Source: an uncultured virus (IMG/VR IMGVR_UViG_3300044998_001320) (Duplodnaviria; Heunggongvirae; Uroviricota; Caudoviricetes). From it: a stretch of DNA of 20,000 bases. The notes beneath the pieces were generated by a model. It saw nothing but the letters and a program-made list of their open reading frames with translations. It was not told the origin of the DNA and did not search any database. Shown here piece after piece: positions 7,684 through 15,698 of the stretch. The position numbers and the translations under genes were made by a program. Within the stretch, counting starts at the first letter, position 1. Every line of letters starts with the position of its first letter. The stretch is taken from the IMG/VR virus record IMGVR_UViG_3300044998_001320; one strand, 5' to 3'.

Positions 7684-8015
7684 CGGCGATCGCCCTAGTC
7701 AGCGGGGTAGGCAGCTGGCTGCTTCGCCTACCCCCCACCACGATCCTGGTCGCCCTGACGGCCGGGGCGGTGGGACGCGAAATCGCCGACGGCAATCTTC
7801 CTGTGTTGCGTGTCGACCTCTCAGAGCCGGAGGTGGTTGATGCCGTAGTCGAGTCCTCTGAATCACCTTCGGGCATTCCCGCGATCAAGGCAGGACAAGC
7901 AGAACCCTCGTTGCTAGATCTCAGCACGATCGCCGCCTGGCTGCCCTCCAATAACCCCGGAAGGTCTTCCCTGGCTTCACCTCCGCCCAATCCCTTTGGT
8001 GAATACAGTGACTAA
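7545..8015 (+). CDS. Membrane-anchor ORF, probably expressed as a -1 frameshift extension of the 7102 gene (track start TTG 7611)
   Basis: Frame open 7524-8015 with no ATG. Two hydrophobic segments (WLGFLAAIALVSGVGSWLL; TILVALTAGAVG). Lies in the -1 frame relative to the GGGAAAG site. Confidence 0.6.
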   Translation, partial: AAEGDARLHPQSQQSNPVASRGLSANPASLVRQQRQRYCRSWLGFLAAIALVSGVGSWLLRLPPTTILVALTAGAVGREIADGNLPVLRVDLSEPEVVDAVVESSESPSGIPAIKAGQAEPSLLDLSTIAAWLPSNNPGRSSLASPPPNPFGEYSD

Positions 8016-8415
8016 ATTCAAAAAACTCCCTCACCCCTGGAAAGCCGCAGTCAGCACCTTTGCTGCCATCTTGATTGCCACCCCCTTCGTTAGCACAGCC
8101 GGAATCTTTGCCTGGATCATTCAAGGCTCCATAACTCGGATCGCTGATTGTGTCAAGACCGAGACCCGCGAAACTTGTGAAGTCTTGAATCGCTGGGATT
8201 CCGTTAGCTTTGCCAACTTGATCGCTTACACCTTTGGTGGCGGGGTCTACGCGGGATTGATTTTGGGCGTGATCAGTGGAAGCCTTTCGTTCCGCGCCGC
8301 CCAGCCCCGCATATTCCGGCAGGTTTCACTCGCCACCCAGCAGCGCTTGCAACGCGCAATCGAAGAAGGAGGACTAAACCTTGAAGATATCTTAGAAAGT
8401 GCAGGGTATAAGTGA
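7996..8415 (+). CDS. Hypothetical membrane protein (2 TM)
   Basis: Two long hydrophobic helices flanking a Cys-Cys loop. Overlaps both neighbours; start may be GTG at 8008. Confidence 0.7.
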   Translation: MVNTVTKFKKLPHPWKAAVSTFAAILIATPFVSTAGIFAWIIQGSITRIADCVKTETRETCEVLNRWDSVSFANLIAYTFGGGVYAGLILGVISGSLSFRAAQPRIFRQVSLATQQRLQRAIEEGGLNLEDILESAGYK

Positions 8416-9248
8416 TGACGAGAACCTCATCCCCCACGACCGGCCGAGCGGTCAAGCATCCCACCCCATCCCTACTTAAGCAAAATCAACCTAGTTGGAC
8501 CCTCCAGAAGATCTGGCACAAGTATCCCGTTGCGGTCGTCCTGTCCGCGATCCTTGTGCCGGGCTGCGCGATCAGCCTCTGGCTTGGGCGTCCCCAGTCC
8601 CAGCAGGTGGAGGTCACGGCGGTCAACCATGGTGAAGTCCCTCCCGCCCCCACCAACCCAGTGGAGGACTCCCGGGTGATCGCCCAGCAGCTGCGTGCCC
8701 AGTACGAGCAGACGATGCGGACAATGCACGCTCGCCTTCAGTCCGATATCGGCAACGCGATCGCCCAACGAGCCAACGATTACTTTGAATACGCAAGGTC
8801 TGTCGAACAGGCTGATCGCCGCAAGGCTCAACAGGAAAACCGTAACCCATCCTTTGATGGGACGGCTGGGGTGTTGACCCACCTCCTAGAGGTCAAGCGG
8901 CAGGAGTTGATTGTTGCACGGCAAGCACAAAAACCCGAGGAGGTAAACAAGATACTTCTTGAAACCTACGCCTGCATGGTGGCCCTGGAGGCGGCGTTCA
9001 ACCCTGCCAGTGTCAAGCCTTTCCAAATTCAAACCACGGTTGACATCTCCGATCCGACTCGGCGGTTCTCAGCAATCATTACAGCCCAAGCGGTGCAGGG
9101 GCTTGTGAACGACGTGCGAGCAAGCGGCGAGTCGGCTAAACAGGCCTATGAAGCGGCAATCGCTGCCCAACAGAAGGCTAGTCAGCAATCCCACGTGTCA
9201 CCCCCTACTGCCCAACCCGTGTCTTTTGAGAGCGGAGGTATGCCATGA
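8412..9248 (+). CDS. Single-TM protein with long helical/coiled-coil region
   Basis: TM YPVAVVLSAILVPGCAISLWL followed by Q/A/E-rich helices. GTGA and ATGA overlaps with neighbours. Confidence 0.75.
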   Translation: MMTRTSSPTTGRAVKHPTPSLLKQNQPSWTLQKIWHKYPVAVVLSAILVPGCAISLWLGRPQSQQVEVTAVNHGEVPPAPTNPVEDSRVIAQQLRAQYEQTMRTMHARLQSDIGNAIAQRANDYFEYARSVEQADRRKAQQENRNPSFDGTAGVLTHLLEVKRQELIVARQAQKPEEVNKILLETYACMVALEAAFNPASVKPFQIQTTVDISDPTRRFSAIITAQAVQGLVNDVRASGESAKQAYEAAIAAQQKASQQSHVSPPTAQPVSFESGGMP

Positions 9249-9844
9249 AATTTCGCCCTGTTCACTTGCTGGCACTGCCGGTCATGGCCATGGCCCCCCT
9301 CCAGTTTGCGGCCAGTCGTTACCAGCCTACCAAGTGTGGAGCAGAAGCCAACCCCGTTTTCATCAACCAAGGGGGGCGACAGTATGAGGTTACGCGGGTG
9401 ATCGATGTGCCGCAACCTAACCCCCTCGCCCTGTGGCACTGGCTGTCTGGGTTTGCCTCCCTGGTAGCTCCGCCGATCGTGGTGGCCCTGAACGCAATGC
9501 CTGGGATGCGTAGCGGAAACAACGATAGTCGCGAGGAGGATCGCTCTTTTGCCACCTCAGTCATTGGACAAGGTTTGGATCCTTTCGTAGTCGACAGCGA
9601 TGACGAGGAAGAGGAGGCATCGGATCCCCTGCAGGCTGACGATCTTGACGACTTCCCGATCACATCTCCCTCTTCGGCTGTCGTGACCACCTCAGATCCG
9701 AGCACTGCTGATTGGATGTCGGCGATCATTGCTGTTGCCCAACGTCGGGCTGCATCACCTCCCGCCTCGATTGCCTCAGATAATCAGGACGATCCTCTGG
9801 ACGACCTTGATCTTGACCTTGACCTTGCTAAACCCCTCTCATGA
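9245..9844 (+). CDS. Membrane protein with very acidic C-terminal tail
   Basis: Signal-like N-terminus, second hydrophobic helix, D/E-rich tail (DSDDEEEE, DDPLDDLDLDLDL). ATGA overlaps; GGAGG RBS upstream. Confidence 0.7.
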   Translation: MKFRPVHLLALPVMAMAPLQFAASRYQPTKCGAEANPVFINQGGRQYEVTRVIDVPQPNPLALWHWLSGFASLVAPPIVVALNAMPGMRSGNNDSREEDRSFATSVIGQGLDPFVVDSDDEEEEASDPLQADDLDDFPITSPSSAVVTTSDPSTADWMSAIIAVAQRRAASPPASIASDNQDDPLDDLDLDLDLAKPLS

Positions 9845-10323
9845 GCGACGACGACTTTCACTCCCCCCGGAGTCCTAAATCTATGAGCAGCAGTCCACAT
9901 GACAAGTCTCGATCATTCGTTGAGGCAATCGAACGAGGGCATCGACTCACCTACCGCGACCTGATTGGACTTCCCGTGACCTTGAGCGCGCAAACCTGGG
10001 CCATCCATTGGCCTCGATGCATCGCGTGGATAGGCGTGATTGCAACCAGTGGCTCATTGTTTTCCATGTGCACCGCGTCAATCACAGGGCAGGCAATTCA
10101 ACCAAGCGGCGTGCATGACTTTATCAACCCCGTGGTCTGGACAAGCGGGGTGGGGGCCGGGATTAACGTGGGGGTTCGTGGATTCAACCAAACCATCGTA
10201 ACCCCTACCAACAATGCACTGAGATCAGGGGAGGGTATTAACTGGGCACAGCCTCAGACGGGCCGCGACTCTACTCTAGTCGTGCCACCCGCCCCCAATC
10301 GGTCTGTTGCACCCGTCCCCTAA
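9841..10323 (+). CDS. Hypothetical membrane protein
   Basis: Hydrophobic segment CIAWIGVIATSGSLFSMC; ATGA overlap with the upstream gene. Confidence 0.65.
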   Translation: MSDDDFHSPRSPKSMSSSPHDKSRSFVEAIERGHRLTYRDLIGLPVTLSAQTWAIHWPRCIAWIGVIATSGSLFSMCTASITGQAIQPSGVHDFINPVVWTSGVGAGINVGVRGFNQTIVTPTNNALRSGEGINWAQPQTGRDSTLVVPPAPNRSVAPVP

Positions 10324-10325
10324 CC

Positions 10326-10919
10326 ATGATTGGATTACCACCGATTACAAAGACAGTCCTGACGTTGGGGCTGGTTGTTTGGGCAATCGGGTCGGTTAAA
10401 AGCGGCGATCCGCGCACCCCCGATCTTGTCTTTGTTGGATCCTTGGCTAAGCAAGGAGCTGTAGCTTCAGTCAACGCCGCCCAGAAAGCCTGGAAGCTGG
10501 TTCCCACAACCAACCCAGCAACCGCCCAGCAATCAGCCCCTCAAGACCCCCAGCCCCGATCGTCAGCCACCAATTTTTTTCGTCAGCCGACTGTGACTGA
10601 ACCGGCCCGGCTCATACCACCATCACTAGTCCAGTCGCTGGGATGCAACGACATGCCTGGGGAGGCTGTTCCCTTGAATCAACAGACCCTGGTTGCCTGG
10701 TTAACCCGAGCAGGGGGGTATCCTCGTGCATCCTTGGCAGCCCTGTATGAACCACTCCCCGGACTGTCTACACCTCCTGTCTGTCTCAACGCTGATCGCA
10801 CCCGCGCCATCTGGCTTGTCACCTTTGGAGGCGGGCAGTACCAGAAACTCGTGGCCCATTTTGACCCCAATCAAAACTACCTGCGCCACGACCCGCTTCA
10901 ACCCGTAACCTTTCCCTAG
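10326..10919 (+). CDS. N-terminally anchored hypothetical protein
   Basis: TM VLTLGLVVWAIG, a P/Q/T-rich linker, and a small C-terminal domain with two Cys. Starts 2 nt after the previous stop. Confidence 0.7.
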   Translation: MIGLPPITKTVLTLGLVVWAIGSVKSGDPRTPDLVFVGSLAKQGAVASVNAAQKAWKLVPTTNPATAQQSAPQDPQPRSSATNFFRQPTVTEPARLIPPSLVQSLGCNDMPGEAVPLNQQTLVAWLTRAGGYPRASLAALYEPLPGLSTPPVCLNADRTRAIWLVTFGGGQYQKLVAHFDPNQNYLRHDPLQPVTFP

Positions 10920-10932
10920 ATTTGGTCAATCT

Positions 10933-11436
10933 ATGAAATCGTTACTCACCACCCTGTTGATTACTGGTGGAGTAATTTGGGCTGCCTTTTGGCTCATGAA
11001 CAGCCCTCTCACTTACACCGTCGACCGACAACTACCCAGCCGGGTCTCCCTCGAAGCAATCCAATCTCCCGAGGGCGTCGCCCCTAATAATCTACCTACC
11101 GTGATCGCCGAACGAGTCCTGAACGTCGAAGTTGTACCGGGACGCAGCCTTAGCGAGGGAGTCCTCTTGAAGGGGGAGCAGTCCGTAATCTACTACGCCC
11201 CCTTCGATGGCTCGATTACCGCAATCCCTAGGGGCATTCGTTACGAATCCCCTGAGTTATTTGGCTCGATTGAACTCATCTATGGAAACGTCTTAGCCGC
11301 GCCGGGGCCGATTCAATCGCGCATGTCCCTAGCCGCAGGGCAATCGGTTCAGGCGATTCGACTTGACTCAAATGGGCAGCCGATTCCTCTTGAGCGACCG
11401 CTGCTGGAGGCTTTGCAGACAGGAGTGGCCCCATGA
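10933..11436 (+). CDS. Membrane-anchored protein, possibly a degenerate M23/hybrid-motif fold
   Basis: N-terminal TM; YAPFDGSI resembles the 'YAPxDGxV' segment of M23/duplicated-hybrid folds. No histidines, so the M23 Zn ligands are absent. Confidence 0.55.
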   Translation: MKSLLTTLLITGGVIWAAFWLMNSPLTYTVDRQLPSRVSLEAIQSPEGVAPNNLPTVIAERVLNVEVVPGRSLSEGVLLKGEQSVIYYAPFDGSITAIPRGIRYESPELFGSIELIYGNVLAAPGPIQSRMSLAAGQSVQAIRLDSNGQPIPLERPLLEALQTGVAP

Positions 11437-12221
11437 AGTTCTTTGACGACTTGATAATCGCGTCCTGTGTTGTCTCTGTTGCGACCCTATGGGTCACGAG
11501 CCGCACCCCGCGCATCGCCACCGCGCCGACCCAAGCTGCCACCGCGCCGATCACTGCGCATCGCCTTGACCTTGACCCCACCATTGACCGGTGGTTTGCT
11601 TCCCCCAACTCGATCGGTGCGGTGGCGATCGGAATGGCTGAGGGTAACTACTGGCTGCAGATCGCCTCCAGCCCAACGGGACAGAGGGTGGTCGTCAAAA
11701 CAACCCGACTCTACGCAGGGCATGTGGATCCAGGCAACTTTGTGCAGAACTACGGTTTCTGTTCTGATCAAGGGCGATCGGGTGGAGACCTACCCAAGGC
11801 TGACCAGGGTTGCCTTGAACGGATACGCAGTAAGATCCCTGAGGCGATCGCTGATCTCAGATCCGCCGGGATTGACCCCATAGCAGATCCCGAGGCTCTT
11901 TTCAACACCCTAGACCTCCACAATCAGGGCAGCCCCATCCACTCGCGGTGGTTTCCCAGATCCCTCGCCAAAGCAAGAGCGGCGAGGAATCAAGGAATTG
12001 AAACAATCGCCCACGCCCGTACCGCCGCCTTCTACCAAAACGGAGATCCCACCACTGGACATAACCTGGCCATCGGACTACTGGGTATTTGCCGCCGAGA
12101 AAATCGTAGGGTTAGCGACTTTGCCTGCGTCTACGGCGATCAACTTCGACGAGCTAGGGAGATCAGCAAAGCGATCAGGATCTTCGGTCAAGCAGGTACA
12201 ACAGAGGGAGAGCGCGAATGA
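11433..12221 (+). CDS. Putative lysozyme-like muramidase with N-terminal anchor
   Basis: TM, then AIGMAEGN...YAGHVDPGN...NYG (Glu after helix, then Y-x-x-H-x-D-P-G, reminiscent of lysozyme-type active sites), DLHNQ and DQLRR motifs. Function inferred. Confidence 0.5.
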   Translation: MKFFDDLIIASCVVSVATLWVTSRTPRIATAPTQAATAPITAHRLDLDPTIDRWFASPNSIGAVAIGMAEGNYWLQIASSPTGQRVVVKTTRLYAGHVDPGNFVQNYGFCSDQGRSGGDLPKADQGCLERIRSKIPEAIADLRSAGIDPIADPEALFNTLDLHNQGSPIHSRWFPRSLAKARAARNQGIETIAHARTAAFYQNGDPTTGHNLAIGLLGICRRENRRVSDFACVYGDQLRRAREISKAIRIFGQAGTTEGERE

Positions 12222-12967
12222 GTCGCAGTATCGCCATTGACTGGGCGAGTGTCGTCGTTGTCGCAGCGGTGGCTGCAGCGATCGGGATAATAAGCGCGCC
12301 CAGTGGGTCTCCCCTCTTCTCGTTAGGAACCCCCGCGGCCACAGCCCAGCCCAGTGACGACCAGAGCAGCCCCCTTGGGCGACGGGTGATAGCCGCCATG
12401 AAGTCACGGGGCTACGAAATCGACCCCGTTTTCAATATCGTCGCCATCTCTGGGATGAACCCTGATGGTACACGCAACGATAACCACCCTGACCAGTGGA
12501 ATGACCTCGTGCTAATTGTCAAGCCCGACGGCACAGTATTGCACATTGCGCAAGCAACGACCGAGCCAGCCTGGGGAATCACGCAGAAGCCGATCGTCCC
12601 ACCCGGTGCTGCCCAGCTTGCCTTTGGACAGCACCCCAGGGCTTACCAAATTGGAATTCACCAAGGATCCAGTCATCACGAAGCGCTCGTGCAAACCGGA
12701 GGCCCCGTGACGATCCTACGCGACGTGAATCGCAATGGACGACGCGATGCTGACGATCTGAGGGTTTCGGGTTTCTTTGGAATCAACTGGCATCGAGCAA
12801 CGACCACCCCCCTGAAAACGATCCAGGGCTATTCAGCAGGCTGCATCGTCACCAACGACATCACCAAACACTTGTCCTTTATGCGGATCCTCAAGACCCA
12901 TCCTGGCTACCAACGTGATCGCCTGTTTCGGTTCACGGTGACGCTCTTGAACGGCGCGGATACCTAG
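12218..12967 (+). CDS. Putative L,D-transpeptidase-like (YkuD-related) peptidoglycan enzyme / endolysin-like protein with N-terminal anchor
   Basis: FGINWH...SAGC catalytic His/Cys motif, plus WND, ATTEP, GAAQLAFGQ, ALVQ, RDVNRNG. Hydrophobic N-terminus. Confidence 0.7.
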   Translation: MSRSIAIDWASVVVVAAVAAAIGIISAPSGSPLFSLGTPAATAQPSDDQSSPLGRRVIAAMKSRGYEIDPVFNIVAISGMNPDGTRNDNHPDQWNDLVLIVKPDGTVLHIAQATTEPAWGITQKPIVPPGAAQLAFGQHPRAYQIGIHQGSSHHEALVQTGGPVTILRDVNRNGRRDADDLRVSGFFGINWHRATTTPLKTIQGYSAGCIVTNDITKHLSFMRILKTHPGYQRDRLFRFTVTLLNGADT

Positions 12968-12997
12968 GCTCGTGTGATTACCCACCCCGTCCGCACC

Positions 12998-13141
12998 ATG
13001 ATGCCCCGCCTCCTCAAAGCGATCACCCTCGCCTTGCTTTGGTATGTCTTGCTCTGCTCGATAGACGCACCATCAACGCCACCCCCTCACCCCACGACAA
13101 GCTATGACCACTTCTCCCAGCATCCTCAACCGCGCCATTGA
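12998..13141 (+). CDS. Small single-TM, Pro-rich protein (not in ORF track)
   Basis: Manual translation: MMPRLLKAITLALLWYVLLCSIDAPSTPPPHPTTSYDHFSQHPQPRH (47 aa). Fills the gap after the cell-wall enzyme gene. Confidence 0.45.
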   Translation: MMPRLLKAITLALLWYVLLCSIDAPSTPPPHPTTSYDHFSQHPQPRH

Positions 13142-13754
13142 CTGGCTAGGCCGATACAGTCGGCCCGTCGCCTTCGGTGATCGAGTGCGGTTTCGGCGAC
13201 GCGAGTGGATCCTTGGGACTCGACTGGATCTTTACCTGATAGGTTGGGGCAACGATCATCCGCCCTTCCCTACGCCCAAAGACCTTGATCATTGGCTAGT
13301 CCTTCTGTCCAGCCAAGGGGGTACCCCTCCCTTGCCCGCCTCGTTCTTGGATCGGTACAATCACCACCACTTCGTTACTGACCCCACCAAGCCAGCCGAT
13401 CGGCAACCCGCCCCTCGCTATCCCCTGATCTGCCCCGTCAATGGCGAAGTGGACTGGGCAGACGAGGACGAACTGCAATTCTTGTCTGCCGGGCGCTACC
13501 TTGACTTGCGCGATAGTGAGGGACGGACAATCTCCCTGCCCATCGGACTCATCCACCGGATTCGAGGTCGCGACGATCTTGGGCTGTACCAAGTCACCTT
13601 CCTAGGTGGCGCTGAGTTGTGGCTGGATCGCCACGCCCCCCATGATATGCACTGGACACCCTACACTGATGAGGCGATCGCTGCCCTTGACCAACTGATG
13701 AGTGATCGGGGGCAGCGGATCGCCGTTGCGCTAAGCAGTGTAGGTTCGCGCTAA
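13104..13754 (+). CDS. Hypothetical protein
   Basis: 216-aa ATG ORF co-oriented with the operon and followed by a terminator. No recognisable motif. Confidence 0.65.
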   Translation: MTTSPSILNRAIDWLGRYSRPVAFGDRVRFRRREWILGTRLDLYLIGWGNDHPPFPTPKDLDHWLVLLSSQGGTPPLPASFLDRYNHHHFVTDPTKPADRQPAPRYPLICPVNGEVDWADEDELQFLSAGRYLDLRDSEGRTISLPIGLIHRIRGRDDLGLYQVTFLGGAELWLDRHAPHDMHWTPYTDEAIAALDQLMSDRGQRIAVALSSVGSR

Positions 13755-13797
13755 AGTAGCGGTATCATTGACAGCCTTCTCCTTGTGTTTTGTCGAG

Positions 13798-13833
13798 AAA
13801 CGATTTCCCGGTAATGGGCAATCGTTTTTTTTT
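13798..13833 (+). terminator. Intrinsic terminator
   Basis: AAACGATTTCCC-GGTAAT-GGGCAATCGTTT hairpin (one mismatch) running into a T9 tract. Confidence 0.7.
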
Positions 13834-13892
13834 GGTCGCCAGTTATTGTCTGATTTGAGTGCAAAATTAAACAATCAGCACAAGCACTCAAT

Positions 13893-15647
13893 ATGAACAC
13901 CACAAACGCAAGCGCAAAGGATTCCTGTTACAACGAGTTTCGTCGCTGGCTATGGGACTTAGCCGAAGGCTACATGATTGACCTTGATCGACCTGGACGA
14001 GACGTGATCGACCTGCTGGCAAATGCGATCACCCACCAGCTCCATGGGCGATCAGCGGGGCGCTCTCACATCGAAAGAGTCTTAGCCCCTGTGTTTGGCG
14101 TTACCAGGGAAAACCTACTGGACGCGGTGCTCATGGATGACGATGAATCGCAGATCCAGTACCCCGTCATTGAGGATACAGAGGGAGTACTGGAGGGTCT
14201 CACCCCGTCTCAGAGGTCGGTCGCAATCGAGGTCGTCAACTGGCTACAGACGGGCAAGGTCAACGGCATTCCAACCAGGCAAGCCATCCTCAGGGGGTAC
14301 GCCGGGATGGGCAAGACCTATGTCGCGGGGGCGATCACCCGCCTAGCGCTCAAGTCCGGGATGTTTGACCGCAGCGAGGTCATCCTCACCGCACCAAGTC
14401 ATCAGGCTCGCAAGGTGATCCGCAACACCTTCTACTACCACTGGAATCTCGCGTTGGACACCTGTACCTTTGCAGGGCTGCTAGGGCTGACTCCGGACAT
14501 CGACGAAGAGACTGGAGAAGAAATCTACATTCAGAAGGGGGAGATCACGCCTCGGATCAGCGACAAATTTCTGGTAATTGCAGACGAAGCGAGTCAATGG
14601 GGGCGGCAATTGCAGTCTCATTTGGATGGGAATATTAATGGCGCAACCATCCTCTGGCTGGGGGATGACGCTCAACTTCCACCCGTGGAGGGCAGAAAAC
14701 GCGATCGTCCAGGCAGTCCGCTGCTGTTCGATCTGAGTTCCTTCGCCGACGACAACGACTCCACCTCGCCCATCTTCAACCTACCCGGATGGGAACTCAA
14801 GGAGGTGGTTCGCTACAGCGGGGCGATCGCGCAACTCGCTAACGACATCCGCAAAAACCTAGATTGCCCCCGGATGCCAATCGCCGAAATCCAGGAATAT
14901 GCTAAGCAGGATGACACCGTGGTGCTGTTGAGCCGGCAGGACTGGGAGTCTGAGCTACTTCAATCCTTTAAGCGAGCGCAAAACCCTGACCAGGTGCGGG
15001 CTTTGTCCTGGCGCAACAAGCGCGTACAGGAAATCAACCGAGTTGTCCATGAGTTCCTGCACGGGGAATCTGCCGCCCCCTACTGCCGCGGCGAGTCCCT
15101 GGTTGCTCTCTCCCCTTGCAAGTCGCGAGAGAAGATTGTCCGCATAAGACAGGGGAAGGAGATTGAATCCATGGTTGAAGTCACGATCCTGCAAAACGGC
15201 GAACAAGCCCTGATCAAGAGCGCCTGCAAGGTTGTGACCGAGGAGGGGTTGGTTGCTTGGCAGTTGAACTGCACGAAGACTCCCGACGACGATGGGCGAA
15301 CAGACATAACCCTCCTCGTGATCGACGAGTCCTGCCAAGCAGAACTCAATCGTCGGCTATCTAACCTGGCTCGCCAAGCCAAGGCAGAGAGCAAGGAAAA
15401 CAAGGGCAAGTCAAAATTCCAGAAATGGGGGCCTTACTTTGAACTCCGCAATCGGTTTCATAGGGTTTCCCTGGCTTATGCCCTGACCGTCCACAAGGCC
15501 CAAGGGTCAACATTTGAAGAGGTCTACGTCGACCTAGACGACATTGGTCAAAACAAGGACAAGGACAAGGTCAAGGATCGCAACCGCATGATCTACACCG
15601 CGATCACCCGTTGCTCCCGTCGGGCGGTCTTGACCTATAACCAGTAA
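13893..15647 (+). CDS. SF1B Dda/RecD-like ATP-dependent DNA helicase
   Basis: Motifs GYAGMGKT, TAPSHQA, IADEASQ, GDDAQLPPV, LKEVVRY, AYALTVHKAQGSTF, YTAITR. Confidence 0.92.
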   Translation: MNTTNASAKDSCYNEFRRWLWDLAEGYMIDLDRPGRDVIDLLANAITHQLHGRSAGRSHIERVLAPVFGVTRENLLDAVLMDDDESQIQYPVIEDTEGVLEGLTPSQRSVAIEVVNWLQTGKVNGIPTRQAILRGYAGMGKTYVAGAITRLALKSGMFDRSEVILTAPSHQARKVIRNTFYYHWNLALDTCTFAGLLGLTPDIDEETGEEIYIQKGEITPRISDKFLVIADEASQWGRQLQSHLDGNINGATILWLGDDAQLPPVEGRKRDRPGSPLLFDLSSFADDNDSTSPIFNLPGWELKEVVRYSGAIAQLANDIRKNLDCPRMPIAEIQEYAKQDDTVVLLSRQDWESELLQSFKRAQNPDQVRALSWRNKRVQEINRVVHEFLHGESAAPYCRGESLVALSPCKSREKIVRIRQGKEIESMVEVTILQNGEQALIKSACKVVTEEGLVAWQLNCTKTPDDDGRTDITLLVIDESCQAELNRRLSNLARQAKAESKENKGKSKFQKWGPYFELRNRFHRVSLAYALTVHKAQGSTFEEVYVDLDDIGQNKDKDKVKDRNRMIYTAITRCSRRAVLTYNQ

Positions 15648-15656
15648 CCCGCATCC

Positions 15657-15692
15657 CGCATCCCGCCCTGGTGATTGTCAAGGCGGGATGCG
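15657..15692. terminator. GC-rich hairpin between convergent helicase genes (possible bidirectional terminator)
   Basis: CGCATCCCGCC (15657-15667) pairs perfectly with GGCGGGATGCG (15682-15692). No clear U-tract. Confidence 0.55.
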
Positions 15693-15698
15693 TTGAGG

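Noticed and set aside
7102..8015. Tail assembly chaperone G/GT pair, suggested by GGGAAAG
   Set aside because: No adjacent tail tube or tape-measure gene, and the extension is a membrane segment. The frameshift is retained as a finding but not this function.
10574..10580. T7 run as a slippery or phase-variable site
   Set aside because: The -1 frame stops at TGA 10598 after a few codons, and the run is short.
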